Shown here: positions 13,411 through 23,375 of the stretch, piece after piece | How positions within the stretch are numbered: the first letter of the stretch is position 1 | Layout of the letters: each line of letters opens with the position of its first letter | NCBI GenBank assembly: GCA_965223865.1 | Contig: OZ245020.1 | Coordinates: forward strand, 1,921,366 to 1,985,365 | DNA: 64,000 nt | Source: Nitrosarchaeum sp. | GTDB taxonomy: Archaea; Thermoproteota; Nitrososphaeria; Nitrososphaerales; Nitrosopumilaceae | Direction: 5' to 3' | Program-made: the position numbers and the translations under genes | Notes under the pieces: generated by a model | Told to the model about the DNA's origin: nothing | The model's database searches: none | What the model saw: the letters and a program-made list of their open reading frames with translations, nothing else

Positions 13411-13500
13411 TTGAAAAAATTCAAACATACTAATGAAGAATTAGAATTAGCTAAACTACAATCTGAAAAAGAAAAGAAGAAAAAACAATTAGATCAATGA
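13411..13500 (+). CDS. Putative 29-aa basic micropeptide
   Basis: TTG start about 24 nt after TTTTATAT box; MKKFKHTNEELELAKLQSEKEKKKKQLDQ. Confidence 0.4.
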   Translation: MKKFKHTNEELELAKLQSEKEKKKKQLDQ

Positions 13501-13535
13501 AATTTTTCTACTTGTCTTTTTCAGACAAGGTTTTT

Positions 13536-13910
13536 TTAAAATTCGATTTTTGAACCAAATTTTTGATTTAATTCGTTATAGATTTTCTGTCTTTCTAAAT
13601 TGAGGTTTTTATTTTCATCATACATTTTGGTAAAAAATGCACCTAACACTCTCTCACCTTTTTCATCATAGAATCTAATACTATAACTTGTTCGATCTGG
13701 TTTTTCTTCTCTGACAAATTTGCATGATTTTATCGATTCAGAATCAACATGCATGTGTGCAGGTCCATCGTTTTCGCCAATTGTTATCCATTTTTCCTTT
13801 TTTCTCATACTAAGAGAGTTGCTTCTAATTTCACTGACGGCAGCGTTGTTTCTTACAATTAGCAAGACATTATCGATTTTTATAACATCCGATAAAATAT
13901 CAAACAGCAC
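13536..13910 (-). CDS. ChuX/HutX-family heme-like substrate-binding protein
   Basis: LLIVRN-AVSEI...HMHV...SYSIRFYDEKGERVL pattern typical of the family. Confidence 0.7.
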   Translation of the reverse strand: MLFDILSDVIKIDNVLLIVRNNAAVSEIRSNSLSMRKKEKWITIGENDGPAHMHVDSESIKSCKFVREEKPDRTSYSIRFYDEKGERVLGAFFTKMYDENKNLNLERQKIYNELNQKFGSKIEF

Positions 13911-13942
13911 TAAGAAGATTAAAGCATGAAATTATTTCAATT

Positions 13943-14215
13943 TTATTGATTTGAGTCTAATTGAATAAAATCATCTGAATCACCATGAATGCAATCCGTT
14001 CCTACTGCTTTTAATGGTGAAAAACTAATCTTTCCATTTGGAATTTTTCCTTTACCCTGAAGAATTTGGATTTTACCAGAAACAATCTGTTTATGTTTAG
14101 TACATGTAACTCCTACCATATATTCATCTTTGTCAACTACCACCGAGACTATAAATTCTGGTGGATTAACGCATTGCTTTGCATCTTCCATAACTGAACA
14201 TTTGTCTGGTAACAC
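13943..14215 (-). CDS. Hypothetical Cys/His-containing protein
   Basis: 90-aa ORF with C..C...CxxH pattern. Confidence 0.65.
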   Translation of the reverse strand: MLPDKCSVMEDAKQCVNPPEFIVSVVVDKDEYMVGVTCTKHKQIVSGKIQILQGKGKIPNGKISFSPLKAVGTDCIHGDSDDFIQLDSNQ

Positions 14216-14301
14216 AGATTGAACTAAATTTTTATTCGATATTAACCTTGATTGTTACATATTCAATTTAATATTGATTAATACAAGATAAGATTGAACT
14301 C

Positions 14302-15612
14302 TTGGCACATAATTTTGATGTTATAATTATTGGAGGTGGAATTCTTGGTACTTCGATCTCATATTTCTTATCATTTCTAAATAAATCAAAAGAGATAGCA
14401 GTAGTAGAACAAGCTCATAGTGTAGCATTTCATACTAGTGGAAGAAATACCGGAAAAGTCCATGCGCCATATTTGTACAACCCCGAGAAGAAAAAATTGT
14501 TTGCAAAGGCAGCATTTCATGGATACGAAATGTGGGAAGAGTATTCCAAATTAAGAGATCTGCCTTTTAAAAAAGATGGAGTTATCGAGGTTGCCTTGGA
14601 TAAAAAAGGAATCAAGGTTCTTGAAAAATATCTCAAATGGGGCAAACAAAATGGACTAGAAGAAAAAGATATCGAGCTTATATGTAGTGAAGAACTAAAA
14701 AAAATAGAACCTGAAATAAACTGTGAGGCAGCTCTTAATGTGTACAGAGATGGTTCAGCAGATTACTCGGCATTTACCGGCTCTATTATGAAAGACAGTA
14801 AAGAAAATGGTACAAATTTTCTTTTAGATACCAAAGTGACTAATATTAAAAAAGAAAAAGACCAGTGGAAGATAATATTAAATGATGAACATGAAATTTT
14901 TGCAAAATTTCTAATAAATGCTGCAGGAGGAGAAGCTGTAGATATTGCACATAATGCAGAAGTTGCAAAAAACTTTACAGATGTACATTTTAGAGGAGAA
15001 TATTGGAAGGCACCAAAGGAATACTACAACTTGACAAAAACAAGTGTGTATTCTGTTCCTGATTTTCCTGATTATCCATTTTTAGATCCACATTGGATTA
15101 TCAGAGTGGATGGGAGCTGTGAGATTGGTCCAAATGCTGTTCCTGTTTTTAGTCCATACGGATACAACAAAGCAGAAAATGTCAAGGAGTTCATTCCAAA
15201 GATACTTGAAATGCTTGGTTCTGGCGCAAGAAAAACAATTTTTGATAAACAATTTCAAGAGCTAGCAATGAATGAAATACAATCATCAATGTCAAAATCT
15301 GCAATGATTGACAGAGTAAAAAGATTCTTGCCAAAAATAGAAGCAGATAAAATTACAGAGAAAGGAACTGCAGGAATAAGGTCGTCTGTTATTGATGAGA
15401 ATGGAAAATTTGTTCCAGATGTAATTTTAGTCGATAATGAAGCATCATTTCATATTCTAAATTACAATTCACCTGGGGCCACAGGTGCATTACCGTTCTC
15501 AGCCCACATTATAAACCACCTAAACGAATCAGGACTACTTCATAGTGAAGATCTGGATGCACAGTGTGGTCCATGGAGATTCAGTGAGATTATAGAAAAA
15601 TTAGAAGGATAA
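14302..15612 (+). CDS. FAD-dependent oxidoreductase (L-2-hydroxyglutarate oxidase-like)
   Basis: GGGILG Rossmann motif, HTSGRNTG, GPNA, SPGATGA. Confidence 0.85.
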   Translation: MAHNFDVIIIGGGILGTSISYFLSFLNKSKEIAVVEQAHSVAFHTSGRNTGKVHAPYLYNPEKKKLFAKAAFHGYEMWEEYSKLRDLPFKKDGVIEVALDKKGIKVLEKYLKWGKQNGLEEKDIELICSEELKKIEPEINCEAALNVYRDGSADYSAFTGSIMKDSKENGTNFLLDTKVTNIKKEKDQWKIILNDEHEIFAKFLINAAGGEAVDIAHNAEVAKNFTDVHFRGEYWKAPKEYYNLTKTSVYSVPDFPDYPFLDPHWIIRVDGSCEIGPNAVPVFSPYGYNKAENVKEFIPKILEMLGSGARKTIFDKQFQELAMNEIQSSMSKSAMIDRVKRFLPKIEADKITEKGTAGIRSSVIDENGKFVPDVILVDNEASFHILNYNSPGATGALPFSAHIINHLNESGLLHSEDLDAQCGPWRFSEIIEKLEG

Positions 15613-15613
15613 A

Positions 15614-15713
15614 TGGCGCCGGGAGGGAGATTTGAACTCCCGTTCCCTTGCGAGAACGCGCTTTATGGTAACTATTTCCAGGCGCGCGCCCTACCAGGCT
15701 AGGCGACCCCGGC
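15614..15713 (-). tRNA. tRNA-Ser(GGA) with 13-nt intron at 37/38 (about 15663-15675) and encoded CCA
   Basis: Reverse complement GCCGGGGTCGCCTAGCCTGGTAGGGCGCGCGCCTGGAA[ATAGTTACCATAA]AGCGCGTTCTCGCAAGGGAACGGGAGTTCAAATCTCCCTCCCGGCGCCA; long variable arm. Confidence 0.93.
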
Positions 15714-15776
15714 ATATGTCTTACGACAAATTAATTCGGGAAAATTTGATTATATATTATGTTAGAAACAAAGAAA

Positions 15777-16223
15777 CTACTTCCAAATATTTATGGTAAT
15801 AGATTTTTCTACTTTGTTATCTTTATCATCTAATCCTTTGGCATGAATTTTGTACAAGCCCTCCAAAGCTGGCTCTCCATCATTTTTAATTTGATCCCAG
15901 ATAAATTCAATCTCTTCTTTTGGTTCTAATTTTGAAATAACTTGAACTAAATTTGGAGAGTACATTAACATTCCAGAAAGACCAGTAACCCGTAGTCCAT
16001 ATGAAGCATCTGAAAAAGTCAAAGGTATTGTCCCTGAATTAATAATTCTTATTTTAATTTCTTCTCCTTTTTTAAAATCAGATTTCTCAGTAACAACTGA
16101 TAGAGAAGGGCCTTCAACATAGACAAGATGACTAGTGTTTTTTACATCAAGAAGATAAATCCCAAACAATAATCCTGCCAAAATACCTACACATACAAAG
16201 ATCACAAGGCTTTTTGCAAACAT
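15777..16223 (-). CDS. Membrane-anchored hypothetical protein with Ig-like beta domain
   Basis: N-terminal TM helix; WDQ...G..GLYKI beta-sandwich pattern. Confidence 0.7.
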   Translation of the reverse strand: MFAKSLVIFVCVGILAGLLFGIYLLDVKNTSHLVYVEGPSLSVVTEKSDFKKGEEIKIRIINSGTIPLTFSDASYGLRVTGLSGMLMYSPNLVQVISKLEPKEEIEFIWDQIKNDGEPALEGLYKIHAKGLDDKDNKVEKSITINIWK

Positions 16224-16232
16224 TTTCTAGAG

Positions 16233-17231
16233 TTATTCTTTTTGAGTAGGTTTGGTTCTCCATTTTTTTGGATAGGTGTTTGGAGCCATAATGATTCGTT
16301 TTGTTTCAAAAGCATACCCCTTGGTTGCATCACAGATTTCTTCTTCAGACATTATTGACTCTGCCAAAGCCACCGCCTCACTTTTCTGAGTGTAAATTCC
16401 AACAATGTCACCTTTTTTTAGATTAGGTGATATTTGCAAAATACCAGGAATGGCTAGTTGGGCACCATGGCATAAGGCATCAACTGCTGAATCACGAATT
16501 ATTACAGATTTAATTTCACTGAGAGCAACCTCTACGGGTTTTATCATTTGCTTTAATTTTGAGTCATCTTTTTTTTCCTCCCATATTGCAAAAGCATCTG
16601 CCAATTCGTGCAAGGTCACCAAACCATCAATTTCTCGAAATTGATCAACTCTGGTTCTTCTCAGTTCTATCATGGTACCACCTGGTCCCAATATCTCTCC
16701 AATATCATAGTATAATTTTCGAATATATGTTCCAGCCTCACACAATACACGCATCAACAGCAGTCTTTCTTTTTGTTCCAGGACTTCAAGCTCATAGATA
16801 GTTCTAGTTCTGGTTTTTCGTACAACTGCAGAACGTTGTGGGGGTTTTTGATAAATTTCTCCAATGAACATACCTATTACTTCAGCTAATTTTTCTTTGG
16901 AAGGAAGAGAGTGAATTCTTCCAAGGGCATGGTACTCTTTTGGACCATATAATAAAACACCAAGTGCTTTTGTTGCCTCTCCTAAACCTAGTGGCAGCAC
17001 TCCCGATACTTGAGGGTCAAGAGTTCCACTATGACCAATTTTTGGAATTTTTAAAATTCTTTTTGTCCAGGCTACAGTTTCATGACTAGTTGGACCTGGT
17101 GGTTTATCCAAAAGTATGATTCCATAATTTAGTAACTGCTCTATTGTTCTTTTATCATAATATGTCCCATAGGTATCATCTGTAATGTCTTGATCAATTA
17201 CAATTAGATTCTCAAGTTGTTTTAGGGTCAT
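16233..17231 (-). CDS. cbf5: H/ACA RNA-guided pseudouridine synthase Cbf5
   Basis: DKPPGPTSHE, GHSGTLDP, CEAGTYIR, C-terminal PUA domain. Confidence 0.95.
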   Translation of the reverse strand: MTLKQLENLIVIDQDITDDTYGTYYDKRTIEQLLNYGIILLDKPPGPTSHETVAWTKRILKIPKIGHSGTLDPQVSGVLPLGLGEATKALGVLLYGPKEYHALGRIHSLPSKEKLAEVIGMFIGEIYQKPPQRSAVVRKTRTRTIYELEVLEQKERLLLMRVLCEAGTYIRKLYYDIGEILGPGGTMIELRRTRVDQFREIDGLVTLHELADAFAIWEEKKDDSKLKQMIKPVEVALSEIKSVIIRDSAVDALCHGAQLAIPGILQISPNLKKGDIVGIYTQKSEAVALAESIMSEEEICDATKGYAFETKRIIMAPNTYPKKWRTKPTQKE

Positions 17232-17788
17232 AGGAGTTTTCTCACAGTTTCTTTTGCAACATCAATTACTTGCTTTGCAGTCAGATTGTTTGTATTAATT
17301 ATCACATCAAATACTGATTTGTCATCCCCAAAATCAAAATCATACAAGTTTTTGTACAGTGCCTTATTTTTGTCAAATCTTTCTCTTGTTACCTCATATG
17401 CTTCATCCGAACTCATGTTATCTCTTGTTTGCATTCTTTTTGTGCTGTTAGCATGAGATCCCTCTAACCAGATCTTTATTCCATCATTAACTAACCAAGG
17501 TAAGGTATAACTGGTTATCACCATATTTCCTTGATTGAAAAGAGTGGTTAGTTTTTCATCTAATTTTTTATCAAATTCATAATTTTCTTCACGTTGGGCA
17601 AGAAATTTCATCCCATCTTCAGTATCCCACCAATCATCTCCCTCTGAATCAAATCCCTGTTCTTTTGCCATTTTTTTGAGCACATCTCCTCCACTAAGAT
17701 ATGTTAGATGAAATTCTTCAGCCAGACCTTTAGCGACAGTAGTTTTTCCTACTGCAGGAGGGCCAGAAATTACAATTGACTTTGTCAA
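17228..17788 (-). CDS. cmk: Cytidylate kinase (archaeal type)
   Basis: ISGPPAVGKTT P-loop; position in secY-adk-DUF106-cmk-cbf5 cluster. Confidence 0.88.
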   Translation of the reverse strand: MTKSIVISGPPAVGKTTVAKGLAEEFHLTYLSGGDVLKKMAKEQGFDSEGDDWWDTEDGMKFLAQREENYEFDKKLDEKLTTLFNQGNMVITSYTLPWLVNDGIKIWLEGSHANSTKRMQTRDNMSSDEAYEVTRERFDKNKALYKNLYDFDFGDDKSVFDVIINTNNLTAKQVIDVAKETVRKLL

Positions 17789-18408
17789 CTGAGATCCATT
17801 GTTGTTTTGGTAAGTTTCATAACTATACCGCTAAAGGCGATTGATGAAAGAAAATACCAAGCCCAAAGGAACAATGCATTTTCTTGTGTACATACATGTT
17901 CAGGATCGGCTGCTTGTTCTGCAGTACAAGTTAGTTGGAAAAAGTCACCTGGAATGACGTTTAGCGGAATAGGTGAAATTGCAACAGTATATGTAAAGAG
18001 TGCTGGCAATACCAGATAAAATATCAAAATTAATGGAACAAAGGTAATCATCATAGGCCTCATGTTCATTTGCATCATTTCCATTGACATTTTGTTCATG
18101 TATGCCGATTTCTTGTTGAGTTCGCTGATCTTAGCTTGGTCTTTTGCTCTCATTGCAGACATTCTTTCTTTCTGAAATGATCTGGTCTCTTTCATTATTC
18201 GTTTTAGTTTTATCTGATCAACCATCTTTTTTCTTACAGCAGAATTAAAAAAGTTCAACATTATGCCAAACCCTGCTACTGCAAACATAGATGCTATTAG
18301 TCCTTTTACCATTGGATCATCACTTCCCAATGCACCCCTTTCTCCTCCAAAGAAATCAAATTGTAAGAAAAGTGAATCGAGGAATAAGAAGATAAAATTA
18401 AAGTCCAT
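17785..18408 (-). CDS. EMC3/TMCO1-family (DUF106) membrane protein
   Basis: TM-coiled coil-Met-rich RPMMITFVP-TM...WYFLSS; conserved position after adk. Confidence 0.88.
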   Translation of the reverse strand: MDFNFIFLFLDSLFLQFDFFGGERGALGSDDPMVKGLIASMFAVAGFGIMLNFFNSAVRKKMVDQIKLKRIMKETRSFQKERMSAMRAKDQAKISELNKKSAYMNKMSMEMMQMNMRPMMITFVPLILIFYLVLPALFTYTVAISPIPLNVIPGDFFQLTCTAEQAADPEHVCTQENALFLWAWYFLSSIAFSGIVMKLTKTTMDLS

Positions 18409-18411
18409 TTT

Positions 18412-18990
18412 TTACAGCCCTATTGCTTTAATTATTTTATCAGCTGCTTCATCAATCTTTCCCTCTCTATTAAGCACATTTTTTATCGGAGAACCCGAAA
18501 TTACAGCGCATGCAGCAATAAATGCAGATTGAAAGCCAAGCTCCTTCTTTACATTTGTCAGGGTAATATTGTCACGATGTCTTGTAAGATCATTTATTCG
18601 TCGACTATACACTTCTTCAGGTTTTGCAGAAACAGATACAAAGTTAGTGGGTTTTATAATCTTCAGTACATGCTCAGGTAACCCTGGATAATATCCTTCA
18701 GGAGAACTGATAAAGGCATGAGTGTCAATTATTACCACTTCATCAGTAATACTAGCTAGTTTTTCTGCTGCAGTCTTTTGTAATCTTTGTTGTTCACTCA
18801 CAGGTAATTTTCTTAGCTCATCTCTATCATGAATGCCATTTTCTTTTGCAACATCAAACATCAAGGTTCCAAAACTGAAAACACTTACAGTCTTTTTTCG
18901 TTCTTTTAGAATTTCCACAACGCGATTCAATAGAGAAGTTTTTCCCACTCCAGGAATTCCTACCATTACTACTTTCTTATTTTCTACCAA
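18412..18990 (-). CDS. adkA: Adenylate kinase (archaeal type)
   Basis: GIPGVGKTS, IDTH, GYYPGLP. Confidence 0.92.
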   Translation of the reverse strand: MVENKKVVMVGIPGVGKTSLLNRVVEILKERKKTVSVFSFGTLMFDVAKENGIHDRDELRKLPVSEQQRLQKTAAEKLASITDEVVIIDTHAFISSPEGYYPGLPEHVLKIIKPTNFVSVSAKPEEVYSRRINDLTRHRDNITLTNVKKELGFQSAFIAACAVISGSPIKNVLNREGKIDEAADKIIKAIGL

Positions 18991-20407
18991 GTAAAGCACC
19001 CAGCCGTGGCATTACAACTTCTACTTGTTCTCTTACTAGTTGAGTGTAATAGTTAATTAGGATATCCACCATAAGTAAAACTCCAATTCCAGAACCAAAT
19101 ACTCCCAATACATCTGAAACTCCTGCCAAAGCACCTAAAATCATTGAGCCGATTATTGTAACAGATGGAATGTACTTGTTTAGGAGTGCTTCAACAGGTT
19201 TGTTTGATCTTCTAAATCCTGGGATTTGAACATCAGCATCAAGTAAGTTTTGAGCAGCACTCTTTGGAGACAGACCTCCCAATTCAACCCAAAGCTTACC
19301 AAAGACAACTACAATTCCAATCATAAACAAGACATAGCCAACTGCTCGTCCTGGATCCAAAGCTGCTACATCAAGACCCCTTGGGGGAGTAATATAATAG
19401 ATCAGCCCTCCGATAGGCGTAGATGGGCTGGTAGGGTCAAACTGACCAATAATATTCATAAAGGCATTATTATTTCGCGGGTTAAAGTTTGCCCAGAACA
19501 TCTGACCAATAAAAACAGCATTTGCCGTAAGTGCAGATGCTAAGATAACAGGGATGTTTGAGACATACATCATTTTAATGGGATAAACTGCTGAAAAGCC
19601 TCTGTATTTTGTAGATACAATAGGAATTTCAATTTTCATTCCCTGAGTAAACACAAGAATAAGCAAAACTCCTGCAGTAAGGCAAAGTCCAAATATGCTC
19701 GGTAGTTGGTTTGAGCGGAAAAAGATATTTGATACATCACCACTCATTATAGATTGGCCTATATACGGAATAATACCGATTGTTCCTCCATCACCTGCCG
19801 GTAACGGGCTAAACAGACTCCAAAGAATTTGCTGCGCAACACCTGCCATAATGAATAAACTAATTCCACTTCCCAGGCCCCACCCTTTTTGGATTAGTTC
19901 GTCTAAGAACATGATAATTATGGACGCTGCCATCAATTGTCCTATCATCACATACAAAACAGATGGTTCAGTAACTCCTGGACCATAAACTGCAATGGCA
20001 TATACAATAGATTCGGCAACAATTACAACATATGTTACTAATTTTGTAGCTGTTTGAAAAATCCCTCTTTCCTCAGGTTTTTTGAAATCAAATCTCAAGA
20101 TTTCAGAACCTCTCAATAATTGCATCAAGAGACCAGCAGTTACAATTGGACCAATTCCCAATTCAACCAAAGTCCCTTGTTGAGATGCAAAGATTACTCT
20201 TGCAAATTGTAGAAAGTCAAACTCTGGTGTAGTTGCTCCGAACAAAGGCGTTTGTCCCATCACCATGTAGATAAGTAACGCAACCCCACACCAAAGCAAT
20301 CGGGTGGATAAAGGAATCTTCTTTTTCGGTTTGGGAACTTGAGGAATATAAGGTTCTGCCTTGAAAACGACTTTTCTAATAATGCTAGTTACAGTACCTT
20401 CAGCCAT
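18977..20407 (-). CDS. secY: Preprotein translocase subunit SecY
   Basis: ELGIGPIVTAG, GLGSGISLFI, YVSNIPVIL, IPGFR. Confidence 0.97.
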   Translation of the reverse strand: MAEGTVTSIIRKVVFKAEPYIPQVPKPKKKIPLSTRLLWCGVALLIYMVMGQTPLFGATTPEFDFLQFARVIFASQQGTLVELGIGPIVTAGLLMQLLRGSEILRFDFKKPEERGIFQTATKLVTYVVIVAESIVYAIAVYGPGVTEPSVLYVMIGQLMAASIIIMFLDELIQKGWGLGSGISLFIMAGVAQQILWSLFSPLPAGDGGTIGIIPYIGQSIMSGDVSNIFFRSNQLPSIFGLCLTAGVLLILVFTQGMKIEIPIVSTKYRGFSAVYPIKMMYVSNIPVILASALTANAVFIGQMFWANFNPRNNNAFMNIIGQFDPTSPSTPIGGLIYYITPPRGLDVAALDPGRAVGYVLFMIGIVVVFGKLWVELGGLSPKSAAQNLLDADVQIPGFRRSNKPVEALLNKYIPSVTIIGSMILGALAGVSDVLGVFGSGIGVLLMVDILINYYTQLVREQVEVVMPRLGALLGRK

Positions 20408-20825
20408 TATCAGTTAACACCTCTCCACCTACAGCTTTGATCTTTTCTTGTGCTGTTGCGGTAAATTGGTTTACTTTGACAGTATATGCATTTGATGCCT
20501 TACCGCCACCTAGAAGCTTATCAAAACCTGCTGCTGCAAGATCAATGATTTTTTTGCCTCCTTCTTCTTTACCGAACTTTAAGAACAGATCATCAAGATC
20601 ACGGACGCTAGTCCATTTCTTGGTAATGTTAGGGTGAGGTGGATGAGTAGAATCATGTCCAAAATGATTAGGGTCTTCTTTTAACAAAGTACTGTAGTGA
20701 TGTTTCATCATACCTGCAACTCCAAGACCTCCTTTGTGACCACTTGCACGGTGCTGACCTACTTGGCCCCATCCCATATTTCGTCCACCTCTAAGTCTTC
20801 TTGTTTTCCTTAATCGTGTTGCCAT
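20400..20825 (-). CDS. rpl15: 50S ribosomal protein L15 (uL15)
   Basis: RG.R.MGWG...HR.SG.KGG.G; KLLGGG. Confidence 0.95.
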   Translation of the reverse strand: MATRLRKTRRLRGGRNMGWGQVGQHRASGHKGGLGVAGMMKHHYSTLLKEDPNHFGHDSTHPPHPNITKKWTSVRDLDDLFLKFGKEEGGKKIIDLAAAGFDKLLGGGKASNAYTVKVNQFTATAQEKIKAVGGEVLTDNG

Positions 20826-20826
20826 T

Positions 20827-21294
20827 TTACATCATATTCCTTACTAAAGTTTCAAGTTCTTTGTTTTCTCCAAGAACGCCTTTTTGTCCATATAGCCTCT
20901 TTGTACTACGCTTGAATCCATATCTTGGAGGAGCCAAAGCAAACCAAGGTTTTAGGGGTTTTAACTTAGATAGAGTTGCTTTACCTTCAGACAAAGCTGC
21001 TGCAAGTTCATCAGTGCTTGCAAAGCCTAGTTCCTTAAGATCATCACTAGTAATTTTTTTGTAACCAGACTTTCTGGCCTTTTTATCTAAAAGATCCTTT
21101 GCCAAACCTGCATCAAGTTCAATCCAGGAAATGTAATGTTTTATCTTGTTTAGCATTCCCAGGGTGTTGTCTTTTGCAGGAAGGATTGTTGCCCGATATT
21201 TTTTTTCTAATTTGAGCAACTCCATTGTGGTTGTCGCCCAATGGGGAACATCTGCTTGACCTTTTATTCTAACAACAAGATATGCATTTGCCAT
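20827..21294 (-). CDS. rpl30: 50S ribosomal protein L30 (uL30)
   Basis: YLVVRIKG...LAPPRYGF. Confidence 0.95.
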   Translation of the reverse strand: MANAYLVVRIKGQADVPHWATTTMELLKLEKKYRATILPAKDNTLGMLNKIKHYISWIELDAGLAKDLLDKKARKSGYKKITSDDLKELGFASTDELAAALSEGKATLSKLKPLKPWFALAPPRYGFKRSTKRLYGQKGVLGENKELETLVRNMM

Positions 21295-21300
21295 TTTCTA

Positions 21301-21951
21301 TCAACCTTGACTAAATGTTTGTCTAAGACAATCCAAAATTGCTTTTGATGTTGAGTTCATTGTAGGCGTAGAACCTTTTGCAGTTGTCCATGCATCTTTT
21401 AGTCCTGCCAATTCCAATAATCGTTTAATTTTACCACCAGCAACCAAACCTAATCCACGAGGTGCAGGAATGATCTCAATTGTTACACTACCACCTTTTC
21501 CTTTAATCTTAAATGGAACAGAATGCTTTTGGTCACATCTACATTCCCAGCTTCCACATCCTAACTTGATTGGATTTACATTAAGCATTGCTTGATTTGT
21601 AGCCTTTTCTATTGCGATTCTCATTTGTTTTGATTTTCCTTGGCCAATTCCCAAATAGCCATTTTCGTTTCCTGCAGCTACAATAGCTTTGAATCTAGTT
21701 GACTGTCCATTTGATGTCATTTTTTGAATTATACCTACATCCACAACTTCGCTTTTAAGATCTGGAAGTAGTTTTTTTATAATTCCTGCTTCTTGAATTC
21801 GAAGCCCATCTTGAATAATTTCTTCAATTGAAGTAATTTCGCCTGAAGCTACCTTTTGTCCCAAAATTGTTTTTGGAATCCAAACCTCCTCTTCAGGTTC
21901 TCTTCTTGGTCTTCTTTGTCCACCGTTTCGACTTTGTGTTGTTTGACTCAT
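21301..21951 (-). CDS. rps5: 30S ribosomal protein S5 (uS5)
   Basis: WIPKT.LG, GCGSWEC, PAPRGLGL. Confidence 0.96.
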   Translation of the reverse strand: MSQTTQSRNGGQRRPRREPEEEVWIPKTILGQKVASGEITSIEEIIQDGLRIQEAGIIKKLLPDLKSEVVDVGIIQKMTSNGQSTRFKAIVAAGNENGYLGIGQGKSKQMRIAIEKATNQAMLNVNPIKLGCGSWECRCDQKHSVPFKIKGKGGSVTIEIIPAPRGLGLVAGGKIKRLLELAGLKDAWTTAKGSTPTMNSTSKAILDCLRQTFSQG

Positions 21952-21953
21952 TT

Positions 21954-22436
21954 CTATTTGACCTCGCCATCAATTGAAGATTTTATTTGTGAAATATCAT
22001 TTTTTATCGTAAGGTGTTCTCCATTAATTCGCTCATCTGCTGGAAATGTCTCTGAATCTGCTGGAACTTGGAGACCAGCATCAATTACTCCTTTTAGTGC
22101 TGCTGCCATTCTCTCTGTGTATTTTCTAGTACCTGTGTACAAAATTGCATCTTTCGCGCCTTGTCCTAGTGCTTTTTTTCCTGCAAGATAGCCTGTAAGA
22201 TACGCAGCTGGAACATTCTTTCTTGATCCCTTCCAACCCTTGTCAAGTAAATATCGTGAATGTGCTGAAGCAATGACCTTATCGCCAGTCATGCCTGGTT
22301 TTAAAAGTTGGACTTGTGTATTTTCATTAGTAATATTTACAGTGATAAAGTCACGCTTACCCATAAGCATCGTGGCTCTTTTTTTGTAATTGGTCTTTTC
22401 TTCTCTAAGTCTTCTCAATATTTTTGAATAGGCCAT
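21954..22436 (-). CDS. rpl18: 50S ribosomal protein L18 (uL18)
   Basis: RREEKTNY-like start, AAYLTGYLAG, KGVIDAGL. Confidence 0.95.
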   Translation of the reverse strand: MAYSKILRRLREEKTNYKKRATMLMGKRDFITVNITNENTQVQLLKPGMTGDKVIASAHSRYLLDKGWKGSRKNVPAAYLTGYLAGKKALGQGAKDAILYTGTRKYTERMAAALKGVIDAGLQVPADSETFPADERINGEHLTIKNDISQIKSSIDGEVK

Positions 22437-22472
22437 CTATAGAACACGAGTTTGAATCTGCTCTTATATACG

Positions 22473-23375
22473 TTAAGCGTGTATCAGAGAAACTAACAAT
22501 GCTTTTTGAGTATGCAGTCGATTTTCTGCTTCGTCCCAAACAACAGATTGATGACCATCAATTACAGAAGCAGTAACCTCATCTCCTCTTTTAGCAGGAA
22601 GACAATGCATGAAAATAGAATTATTTTTTGCATTCTTCATTAGATCTGAATTTACTTGATATTTTGGAAGGAATTTTTTGGTTCGTTTTGGATCGCGATT
22701 ATGAATTGACGTAAAAGTATCAGTAACTACAACGTCAGCATCAGAGATGGCCCTTACTGGATCTGTAGTAATTTCAATGTCAGTAGACTTTTTTGATTCA
22801 GCAACTACTTTGGAATCTGGTTCAAATCCTTTTGGTGTTGCAACTGACAATTTTGCTCCAGATAATGCACATCCATAAATCATAGAGTTGCATACATTAT
22901 TGCCATCTCCAATCCAGGCAATCTTCAAACCCTTGAATTTTTTTTTCTTTTCTTTGATGGTCATAAAGTCAGCTAATATTTGACATGGGTGAAATGCATC
23001 AGATAGTCCATTTATCACAGGAACAGTTGAGTGTTCAGACAACTTTTCTAATAAATTATGTTCGTAAACTCTTGCCATAATACAGTCAGTATATCGTGAA
23101 AGAGTTTTTGCAGTATCTTCTACTGATTCACCTCTAGATAACTGCATATCATTAGAAGATAGATTAATTGCATGCCCTCCAAGTTGAAACATTCCAACTT
23201 CAAAACTTACTCTTGTTCGAGTAGAAGGTTTTTGAAAGATCATTGATAACGTCTTGTTTTTGAGTAGTGGTTTATTTCCTCCTTTTTTTAGTTTGATTGA
23301 TAGATCAATCAATTGTGAAAATTCCTTTGGGGATAATTCCTTCAAAGTGAGTAAATCTTTAGTTTTTAATTTCAT
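22473..23375 (-). CDS. argF: Ornithine carbamoyltransferase
   Basis: [22 protein letters not shown]. Confidence 0.96.
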   Translation of the reverse strand: MKLKTKDLLTLKELSPKEFSQLIDLSIKLKKGGNKPLLKNKTLSMIFQKPSTRTRVSFEVGMFQLGGHAINLSSNDMQLSRGESVEDTAKTLSRYTDCIMARVYEHNLLEKLSEHSTVPVINGLSDAFHPCQILADFMTIKEKKKKFKGLKIAWIGDGNNVCNSMIYGCALSGAKLSVATPKGFEPDSKVVAESKKSTDIEITTDPVRAISDADVVVTDTFTSIHNRDPKRTKKFLPKYQVNSDLMKNAKNNSIFMHCLPAKRGDEVTASVIDGHQSVVWDEAENRLHTQKALLVSLIHA

